DNA of 64,000 bases. Source: a virus (taxonomy: Duplodnaviria; Caudoviricetes). Where the stretch lies: positions 32,001 to 96,000 of the IMG/VR virus record IMGVR_UViG_3300016471_001002, one strand, 5' to 3'. Shown one piece after another: positions 57,305 to 64,000 of this stretch (positions within the stretch are counted from its first letter, which is position 1; each line of letters begins with the position of its first letter). Both the position numbers and the translations under genes were made by a program. A model generated the notes under the pieces. That model saw only the letters and a program-made list of their open reading frames with translations, searched no databases and was not told the DNA's origin.

Positions 57305-57781
57305 ATGTCAAATTCTTTGGATCGACATGTAAAAAAGTTGTCAGTTTTCATGAAAATGTGTAATGAATTATCTTCATTGTCATACGACGACAAATATAAA
57401 GTTGCTTCAATCATAATCACTAAAGACTATAGAGAAGTATGTGCAATAGGGTATAACGGAGGATATAAGGGAGGTCCTAATAAGAGATCTTCTTTAGACC
57501 ATGGTAAATCTGGTTTTCTTCATGCGGAAGAAAATGCATTGTTTCATTTATGCAAACCATATGAATTAAGAAATGATCTTTTAATGTTATGCACGCATAA
57601 ACCATGTTCGATGTGTGCAAGGAGGATTGTTAATAGTGGGATCAAGGATATTGTGTATTATGCTGATTATACTGATGCAGAAGCCGCTACCGATCATATT
57701 TTTGAGATTACTGGAACTTCTTGCACTAAATTTGATGATATTTTGCAAAACCCAGCTGCTATCATGAATATTCGAGCGTGA
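57305..57781 (+). CDS. dCMP deaminase family protein (ORF track start 57242)
   Basis: GYNG, HAEENA, PCSMC zinc motifs. Confidence 0.85.
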   Translation: MSNSLDRHVKKLSVFMKMCNELSSLSYDDKYKVASIIITKDYREVCAIGYNGGYKGGPNKRSSLDHGKSGFLHAEENALFHLCKPYELRNDLLMLCTHKPCSMCARRIVNSGIKDIVYYADYTDAEAATDHIFEITGTSCTKFDDILQNPAAIMNIRA

Positions 57782-57784
57782 TCG

Positions 57785-57791
57785 ATAATTA
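57785..57791 (+). promoter_or_regulatory. Putative late promoter ATAATTA
   Basis: ATANTTA upstream of GGAG-ATG 57810. Confidence 0.5.
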
Positions 57792-57809
57792 CTTAGACAT
57801 GGAGATAAC

Positions 57810-58181
57810 ATGAAGCAAAAGCTTACAGGAAATTACATTATCAATCTTATGAGAGAAGAATGGCAAAAAAAAGTTAATTCTTTACTCTCAGAAACTCCCT
57901 CGCAAAAGAAAAAGCCACGAGGGTTAAAGATGCAAGTCGACGTCGATGGAGATGGAAGTAAAGAGAACGTGATTGATGTTGGTTTGAAGGTACAAAAAAA
58001 GATGCCAGATGACAAACGCATAAATGTTAAAGGTGACCCCACTTCTGGATTAGTTTATACTGTAGTTTCAGTGAACGATCAGGATAAAACGATTACTTTA
58101 AGCAGACCAGATTCTGGTAACGGCGAGAAAACAATAGTTATAACAAAACAAGCTTTTGAGAACGAATATCAAAGAAAGTGA
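57810..58181 (+). CDS. Hypothetical late protein
   Basis: KLTGNYIINLMREE motif variant; LLSE site. Confidence 0.65.
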   Translation: MKQKLTGNYIINLMREEWQKKVNSLLSETPSQKKKPRGLKMQVDVDGDGSKENVIDVGLKVQKKMPDDKRINVKGDPTSGLVYTVVSVNDQDKTITLSRPDSGNGEKTIVITKQAFENEYQRK

Positions 58182-58191
58182 TGATGCTATC

Positions 58192-58920
58192 ATGAACATT
58201 AAATCTTTAGGCGTAGACTTAGATAATATCCTCAAGGATGCAGTAAAAAATTCAATTAAAGCACAAACTAAAGAATTGCCTACTGCTGAAAAACTAGATG
58301 AAGCTTATGTTGCTGAGCCTAAGGTTTTTAAGCAAGTTTCTGAATTTTCTACTCAAAAAACAAAAGACGCACATGACACCTTATATAAAGGATATGTCGA
58401 ATCTTTAAACAAAATTTCCGCAGAGCTAGATTCTGCAGATCGAAATGCAGCTGATTCTAAACATTCTCAATATCGTTCTTTAAAACTCGATGAAGTTTAT
58501 AATTTAAATGCGACATGGCTTCATGAGCTATATTTTGCAAATGCATTTGATCCTCACTCTGAAATCACCATGGATTCATTATCCTATATGAGACTTGAAA
58601 GAGATTTCGGAACGTTTGAAGATTGGCAAAAAGATTTCATGGCTTGCGCATTATCTTCAGGGAGTGGATGGGCCGTGTGCGGATATCATATCTTTTTGCA
58701 AAGATACGTCAATACTGTAGTTAGCCACCACAGCGGAGACGTCATGCTTGGTTTATATCCAGTTATCGTTGTTGACATGTGGGAACATGCTTATTATAGA
58801 GATTACTTGAATGACAAAAAGAGTCATCTTGTGGCAAGAATGAGAGAATTTGATTGGGATGTGATTGAGGAAAGAGTAAAGAAAGCTGAGTTAATTTCTC
58901 AAGCCATAAAGGTGAAGTGA
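58192..58920 (+). CDS. Fe/Mn superoxide dismutase family protein with N-terminal extension (ORF track start 58156)
   Basis: HDTLYKGYV, LHELYFAN, SGWA, DMWEHAYYRDY. Confidence 0.8.
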   Translation: MNIKSLGVDLDNILKDAVKNSIKAQTKELPTAEKLDEAYVAEPKVFKQVSEFSTQKTKDAHDTLYKGYVESLNKISAELDSADRNAADSKHSQYRSLKLDEVYNLNATWLHELYFANAFDPHSEITMDSLSYMRLERDFGTFEDWQKDFMACALSSGSGWAVCGYHIFLQRYVNTVVSHHSGDVMLGLYPVIVVDMWEHAYYRDYLNDKKSHLVARMREFDWDVIEERVKKAELISQAIKVK

Positions 58921-59468
58921 TGAATCGTAAATTAAACGTATCACAATTAAAGAAGATTATTCGTGAGCAAGTAAAATTATTGGTTGAAGGAGACAAGAAA
59001 GAATTAAAAGATTCTTTAGACCAACAAGTCGATGATCTTCTTATGTCTTATGAATCAGAAGCAAAAACTAAAAAAAATGAAGGGTTAGATTTCAGGATGA
59101 TGACCCGCAGGTTTTTATCATCTTCAACAACACAATTGCTTGAAGCAGACGAAGATAAAGGATCTGATAAGGAAAAAGAAGAAAAAAAGAAATTGAAGAT
59201 GGAAGATATCGACGTCGAGGAATTTGCTGGCAGCGTTTCAAGGTTGATAGACAATTACGACTCTTTATTAGAAGTTAGAAATACGTTGGCAAGAAGAGCT
59301 GTTAATTTTTTGATTGAAAATTATGAGCAAGATGTTGTTAATGAATTTAAGAACGTTTTAGAAGATTCTTATGATATTACAATTGGAAAATCAAAAATAG
59401 AAATTGAAGATGAAAAATTTGAAGCACCACTTGCAGATAGAGCTGGAGGTTCAGGAGGTGGTGCTTGA
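58917..59468 (+). CDS. Hypothetical protein with shared N-terminal motif
   Basis: RKLNVSQLKKIIREQ; LLVE and QLLE sites. Confidence 0.7.
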   Translation: MMNRKLNVSQLKKIIREQVKLLVEGDKKELKDSLDQQVDDLLMSYESEAKTKKNEGLDFRMMTRRFLSSSTTQLLEADEDKGSDKEKEEKKKLKMEDIDVEEFAGSVSRLIDNYDSLLEVRNTLARRAVNFLIENYEQDVVNEFKNVLEDSYDITIGKSKIEIEDEKFEAPLADRAGGSGGGA

Positions 59469-59767
59469 TTAGAACTGATATTTTGCATGATAAAAAATGT
59501 ATTCATATTAAATTGACAAAAGACGTTCATTTAAAATTAAGAGAAAAGTTATTTCAATATCAATTGTCGATGCAATCTATCTTTGACGAATTTGCAAGGC
59601 TTGTAATTGAAGATGAAAAATCTGCAATTAAAGTTTTAGAAGATCTTGCATTAAAAAGAGCTCGTGAGCAAATTGAAAAACCTATAAAAAAGTCTACTTC
59701 ATATAATCGAGATAGCATAAATGAACTAGATCATAATACGTTGTATAATATGATCAACGATGACTGA
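59465..59767 (+). CDS. Probable ribbon-helix-helix DNA-binding protein
   Basis: CIHIKL strand then two helices (DVHLKLREKL, SMQSIFDEFARL). Confidence 0.45.
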   Translation: MIRTDILHDKKCIHIKLTKDVHLKLREKLFQYQLSMQSIFDEFARLVIEDEKSAIKVLEDLALKRAREQIEKPIKKSTSYNRDSINELDHNTLYNMINDD

Positions 59768-60071
59768 CGAAAAAGAAACTAGCAAACCTAAGATGAAATT
59801 GTTTGACTATATTTTTGAGTCATCGATTAAATCATCAAAAACTATCTTAAACATAGTTAATGAACTTATTTTATTATCTCAAGACGTTCGCTCTTTAAGA
59901 GACACGATTTTAACTTTATCTAAAGTTCTACAAACTCACCAAGCCATTATAGAAGATATATGTAAAGTTCTTGAAAGTGCAGCTGAACATGTAGAAAAGC
60001 AAGAACAAAAACTAGAAAATAGTTTCTCAGTTTCTTTAACTAAAGATCCAAAAAAAGATAAACCTAATTGA
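59760..60071 (+). CDS. Hypothetical coiled-coil protein
   Basis: Coupled ORF with heptad pattern. Confidence 0.6.
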   Translation: MTDEKETSKPKMKLFDYIFESSIKSSKTILNIVNELILLSQDVRSLRDTILTLSKVLQTHQAIIEDICKVLESAAEHVEKQEQKLENSFSVSLTKDPKKDKPN

Positions 60072-60072
60072 T

Positions 60073-60462
60073 ATGATCTGGAATAAAATTATAAATTTAG
60101 CAAAAAAATATTGGCAATACATTCTTTTGTTTTTTGGAGCAATTTTTACGTTTATTTTGTTTAGAAAAAAAGATTCTCCTGTTGATGATCAAACTCAGTC
60201 AAGAAAAGACAAGGATAAGCAATTAGACGTCATTGATGATGTGAGAAAAGAAGAGAGAAAAGAGCATGATAATGCTGATAAAAAGCTAAAAGAAGGATTA
60301 GAGATTGTAGAAAAACAATACCAAGAACAAAAAAAAGAACTTGACGAAAAGAAAAAGCAAGAAGTAAAAAATGTTCTTGAAAAATATAAAGATGATCCAA
60401 CAGGGCTAGCAAAAAAGTTGTCAGAGGTAACAGGATTCAAGATTATAATGCCAGATGAGTGA
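60073..60462 (+). CDS. Membrane-anchored coiled-coil protein (i-spanin-like)
   Basis: N-terminal TM WQYILLFFGAIFTFILF then charged helix. Confidence 0.5.
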   Translation: MIWNKIINLAKKYWQYILLFFGAIFTFILFRKKDSPVDDQTQSRKDKDKQLDVIDDVRKEERKEHDNADKKLKEGLEIVEKQYQEQKKELDEKKKQEVKNVLEKYKDDPTGLAKKLSEVTGFKIIMPDE

Positions 60463-60468
60463 GAGTTT

Positions 60469-61029
60469 ATGAAAAATAAATTAATCCAATTAATTACTTT
60501 ATTCTCGATGACGTTATCTTCTATCACTTTTGCAAGTGAACGAACGATTAGTCCAGAGCCAGACGACCTAGAAGGTCCTATTACAACGACCACAATATTC
60601 CCTCCTATACCAGAAATTCCTAAATCAGAGCCAGATGTTGGTGAAGCAATCTCTCCAATGAGAAAAGGACAAATTGCTCCATTCACTGGATTGTTGTTGT
60701 CTCCTGCTGCTGTAGCATCCGTCATGACTGATTTAGAAACTAAAGACGAATTGATAAGATTAGAAGTTGAACGTGCGACTTCTAGACTTAAATTAAATCA
60801 TGAACATGAAATGACTATTTTGAGAATTAGATCAGAGTCTGATTCTAAAATAGATAAATTACGAATTGAAGAACAAAGGAAAGACATCGATAGAATAGAT
60901 GCTCAATTAAAAAAAGAAAGAGAGAGCAGGCCTGATCCTTTAGTTTGGGCATCAATAGGGTTGGGAGCTGGTGTCGTTTTGTCAACGTTAACTGCTGCCA
61001 TAATTGCTGCTGTTTCTAACGTTAACTAA
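60469..61029 (+). CDS. Signal-peptide protein with coiled coil and C-terminal TM
   Basis: MKNKLIQLITLFSMTLSSITFAS; C-terminal LVWASIGLGAGVVLSTLTAAIIAAV. Confidence 0.55.
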   Translation: MKNKLIQLITLFSMTLSSITFASERTISPEPDDLEGPITTTTIFPPIPEIPKSEPDVGEAISPMRKGQIAPFTGLLLSPAAVASVMTDLETKDELIRLEVERATSRLKLNHEHEMTILRIRSESDSKIDKLRIEEQRKDIDRIDAQLKKERESRPDPLVWASIGLGAGVVLSTLTAAIIAAVSNVN

Positions 61030-61060
61030 TAAATAAGCTTGTCAATCATAAAGGTGAATT

Positions 61061-61459
61061 ATGCCAAGAAAAGCGCAAGAAAACAAAAAAGTTATACCAA
61101 CAGAACAACCTGTCGAACAAGCAACAGAACAAGTAAAAAAAGTTGAAGAAGCTAAAGATCACAAACATTCTGAAGCAAAGCATGATAAAGATGTTAAACG
61201 CGGATCTAAAGTTCCATGGTGGTGGATGAGAAATGATAAAGGCACTCAATCTGTTTCGGTGACATTTGCTTCAATATCATTTTTAGTAACGACAGTAATT
61301 TATTTAGGATCAGCATTTGAGAAAATCGGCTCAGTTGCTTTACGCCCATTCGATGTGTCTGCAGCCATGGCGTATTTCATTCCAGCATTATCATTATACT
61401 TCGGTAGAAGGCTTACTGATGCAAAGTATAATGTTTCTCAAAAAAATGACATTGCTTAA
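61061..61459 (+). CDS. Two-TM membrane protein (holin-like)
   Basis: Charged N-terminus, two hydrophobic segments, LYFGRR end. Confidence 0.45.
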   Translation: MPRKAQENKKVIPTEQPVEQATEQVKKVEEAKDHKHSEAKHDKDVKRGSKVPWWWMRNDKGTQSVSVTFASISFLVTTVIYLGSAFEKIGSVALRPFDVSAAMAYFIPALSLYFGRRLTDAKYNVSQKNDIA

Positions 61460-61461
61460 TA

Positions 61462-61468
61462 ATACTTA
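61462..61468 (+). promoter_or_regulatory. Putative late promoter ATACTTA
   Basis: ATANTTA 12 nt before ATG 61481. Confidence 0.5.
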
Positions 61469-61480
61469 TCGACATTCAAC

Positions 61481-62335
61481 ATGCGTCAAGTATTAATAAC
61501 AGAATCATCATTAAGAGAATTACTAAAAGAAATGATGGATTCAGAATCCCCAGTTAATGTAAATCCAGTCGTGGATCCTTCAGCTGCGGAAACAGATCCT
61601 TCAAATATAAATTTTTTGCCATCAAATAAGGCAGAACTTATGTCTGCTCTTAGGGTTTTAGTAAATTCAATCGATGATCAAATTGCAGCCGACATCTACG
61701 TCACTGTTCAAGACGCTATGAAAGAAAAGGAAGATGAAATGAAGAACTCAAATGTTGAAGAATCAATCCGCGCAATCGTTAGAAAAACATTATTAGAAGC
61801 ACAAACTAATCTTGAAGAGGCTCCTATGCCTCCTGTGAAAAAAATACCAGCAGGAGTTCATGGGTCAGAATACATGCAAAGATTTGAAAAAGCAAAGAGC
61901 GGACTACAAAAAACTCTTTCTACTTTGAGAGATGATGAAGAATTTGTTAGCTCAGATGAACCAGAAGAAGGTCGTTCTCGCAAAAACGTAATGATGTCTG
62001 ACGTCGGCGGAGCGTCTTTTAAGGAAATTGCGAAAGAATTAGGATTTGCAGCAGAATCTGGTGCAAAACAAGCTGTGGAAAAGGCTTTGGCAAAAGCTAA
62101 GTTTGTCATGAAAATGGACATGTTCCAACCAGATGAATTAGAGATTCTTGTCCTTCAAAACATGAATGACTATATTGATGTTTTGAAGAGCACAGGCGAA
62201 ATTGATGATTCAGAGGTCAAATTATTAAAAGACAACCCAGATATTGTAAGAGAACTTGACGGGTTTAGAGAATTTTTGGATAAGGCTCTTAAAAAAGCTC
62301 GTAAAGAAAAAGAATCAGAAGCTTCAGAAGAGTGA
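61481..62335 (+). CDS. Hypothetical protein with shared N-terminal motif and a sigma-region-4-like HTH
   Basis: VLITESSLRELLKEMM; ASFKEIAKELG..AKQAVEKALAK. Confidence 0.6.
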   Translation: MRQVLITESSLRELLKEMMDSESPVNVNPVVDPSAAETDPSNINFLPSNKAELMSALRVLVNSIDDQIAADIYVTVQDAMKEKEDEMKNSNVEESIRAIVRKTLLEAQTNLEEAPMPPVKKIPAGVHGSEYMQRFEKAKSGLQKTLSTLRDDEEFVSSDEPEEGRSRKNVMMSDVGGASFKEIAKELGFAAESGAKQAVEKALAKAKFVMKMDMFQPDELEILVLQNMNDYIDVLKSTGEIDDSEVKLLKDNPDIVRELDGFREFLDKALKKARKEKESEASEE

Positions 62336-62338
62336 AAC

Positions 62339-63097
62339 ATGAATCAAACAAAAGCCATAGTAGCCGCGATTCAATATGAACCTAAAATTTTGAAGGTTCA
62401 TGAAAATCTTGGTACAGCTGTACAGCTAGTCCATGAAGCGGCTGCTAAAGGTGCATGCGTAATCGTATTACCTGAATTATGCATAAGTGGTTACGTTTTA
62501 AGAAATGCTTCAGAAGCAATGGAATGTGCTCAACAACGAGATGGTTATCAAACGCAAGCGTTCAAAAATATCGCTGAAAATTATAATTGTCATATTGTTC
62601 TTGGGTATGTGGAATTAAAAGAAGGAAATTTATATAATTCTGCAGCAATAATTGGACCGACGGGACTAGTCGGAAATTCTCAAAAGCATAATTTATGGGG
62701 AAGTGATTATTTGTGGGCAACGCCAGCAGACTCAATGAGTCCCATTGCTATTACTCGAGCAGGAAGATTAGGCGCTCTTGTTTGTAGAGATGCAATGAAT
62801 AACTATAGAAATTCTTATAAGTTCCATAACGAAAATCATAGATTTTATAAGAAAGGATCTATCGATACTTTAGCGTTATTAACAAACTGGAGCGGGGACT
62901 ACGGATATCCCGATAACAATTGGGTTGATCTTGCTGAAGAAACTTGTTCGAATGTAATTGTTTCTAATAGAGTTGGAAAAGAAAGAGATTTGTTTTTCAA
63001 GGGCGGATCTTGCATAATCGATAAGAATCGTAAAGTTTGGTCAAATGGATCATCGTTTACGGAATCTGCCGTCGTTGGCGGAGTCGTTTTATTATGA
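62339..63097 (+). CDS. Carbon-nitrogen hydrolase (nitrilase superfamily)
   Basis: Catalytic triad motifs LPEL, QKHNL, LVCRD; YNSA, NRVG. Confidence 0.88.
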   Translation: MNQTKAIVAAIQYEPKILKVHENLGTAVQLVHEAAAKGACVIVLPELCISGYVLRNASEAMECAQQRDGYQTQAFKNIAENYNCHIVLGYVELKEGNLYNSAAIIGPTGLVGNSQKHNLWGSDYLWATPADSMSPIAITRAGRLGALVCRDAMNNYRNSYKFHNENHRFYKKGSIDTLALLTNWSGDYGYPDNNWVDLAEETCSNVIVSNRVGKERDLFFKGGSCIIDKNRKVWSNGSSFTESAVVGGVVLL

Positions 63098-63465
63098 AAT
63101 TAGTCGATTTAAATAAAGAATTTATTGAAAGATCAATTAGACCAATAGTCTCAGGCATTCCTATAAAAGTTTCAAATCCAGATAAGCCTATTATTGCAAT
63201 AGAAAAATGGAAAGTTAACAAAGAACATAAGCTTAGCAAAAAATTTATGTTTGAATCTTATGATGACAGAAATCGATTTATTAAATCGATGCTTGAATAT
63301 GAAACTCAATTAGGCCATCATGGTTCTTTTGAAATTGATGAACTTGAAGTTAAAATATCTTTATTAACTAAAGACGTAGAAAAAGTAACAGAACTTGATA
63401 AAGAATACGCAAAATATGCCGATACAGTCAGAAGAGATTTAGTGTATAAATCTACTAATGATTGA
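63094..63465 (+). CDS. Pterin-4-alpha-carbinolamine dehydratase-like protein (ORF track start 63037)
   Basis: W..LSKKFMF..F..HHG..VKI.LLTKD..VTELD..A..D; ATGA overlap. Confidence 0.7.
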   Translation: MKLVDLNKEFIERSIRPIVSGIPIKVSNPDKPIIAIEKWKVNKEHKLSKKFMFESYDDRNRFIKSMLEYETQLGHHGSFEIDELEVKISLLTKDVEKVTELDKEYAKYADTVRRDLVYKSTND

Positions 63466-63832
63466 AGACGACAATAAATTAATGATGAGTCAGGAATTGT
63501 TAGGCATAATTCCTGATTTTGATGATCAGTTTCAACAAGATAAATTTTTTATTTCTTATAAGACATCAAAAGCTGATTTAGCTTTTGTTTTTCCTCTAAC
63601 TCAAATATCTGTAGGAGAAAATCTTTCTATTGAATGCATCGCAAATTTAGAGCATTCTTTAGAAATTATTAGAAATTATAATGAAATTTCAATTAAAGAA
63701 ATTAATTTAATTTATCAAGATTCAAGTTCTTCATTCGAAGGATCATTTAAAGTTACGACAGCTGCGTTAAAAATAGTTAATTTGAAAGATAAAACCTGCT
63801 TATTGTCTTTAAATTTAATGAAAAATTCTTAA
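63458..63832 (+). CDS. Hypothetical protein
   Basis: 124-aa coupled ORF. Confidence 0.55.
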   Translation: MIEDDNKLMMSQELLGIIPDFDDQFQQDKFFISYKTSKADLAFVFPLTQISVGENLSIECIANLEHSLEIIRNYNEISIKEINLIYQDSSSSFEGSFKVTTAALKIVNLKDKTCLLSLNLMKNS

Positions 63833-63878
63833 AGTAATCTTTTTTCTCGTGCTTCCTATTTATTAAAAGGAGTTAATC

Positions 63879-64000
63879 ATGTCGCAAGATAATGAAAATG
63901 ATGATGTTACATTTACGTTCGATAAATTCATGGATGATATTCTAATCAAAGAATCCAAACAACAGCCTGTTCTTGCTGAAGAAACTCCTTCTCGTGAATA
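63879..64000 (+). CDS. Hypothetical protein, 3'-truncated
   Basis: AAGGAG SD; MSQDNENDDVTFTFDKFMDDILIKE.. open to the window end. Confidence 0.6.
   Translation, partial: MSQDNENDDVTFTFDKFMDDILIKESKQQPVLAEETPSRE

Noticed and set aside
322-63239. Numerous short overlapping or antisense ORFs in the track (e.g. 1817-2278, 12074-12685, 29563-29955, 33368-33823, 45300-45587, 60195-60725)
   Set aside because: They lie on or opposite well-supported genes and have no motifs or ribosome-binding sites; treated as shadow ORFs.
1-64000. Genome-wide stop-codon reassignment
   Set aside because: Genes are full length in the standard code and end in TAA, TGA or TAG; only dnaE has an internal stop.
1-64000. 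tRNA, rRNA or CRISPR arrays
   Set aside because: No cloverleaf or T-loop signatures or regularly spaced repeats were seen in the short intergenic regions (by eye; tRNAscan and CRISPR finders not run).

Overview
A 64-kb, gene-dense, AT-rich segment of a large (jumbo-type) contractile-tailed dsDNA phage in the standard genetic code. I found no tRNA, rRNA or CRISPR array. Layout: 1-23.8 kb tail module (three tandem tail-sheath paralogs, antisense homing endonuclease, tail tube, probable frameshifted tail-assembly chaperone, tape measure, baseplate genes). 23.8-37 kb replication and nucleotide metabolism (PolA-like core, GIY-YIG endonuclease, HD protein, gp32-like SSB, RecA/UvsX, dUTPase, 5'-3' exonuclease, DnaB-like helicase, class II RNR, ThyX, Tmk, dCTPase-like). 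37-45 kb accessory and probable head-internal proteins, IMPDH/GMPR and an actin-like ATPase. 45.3-50.4 kb a DnaE polymerase gene broken twice. 50.4-57.8 kb a probable cytosine hydroxymethylation/glycosylation cluster. 57.8-64 kb late genes, SOD, possible lysis genes, nitrilase, PCD. The most striking item is dnaE. Its PHP motif HAHS|GFSTFDG is interrupted by a 42-nt gap (Ser codon TCG, stop TAA, perfect 12-bp hairpin, GGA, 6 nt, Ser codon TCA) with the geometry of T4 gene 60 translational bypassing. The same gene is also split by a trans-splicing intein flanking a Vsr-like endonuclease. Second is a T4-like DNA glycosylation pathway carrying two NDP-sugar epimerases of its own. All family calls are by-eye motif recognition; no database searches were run.
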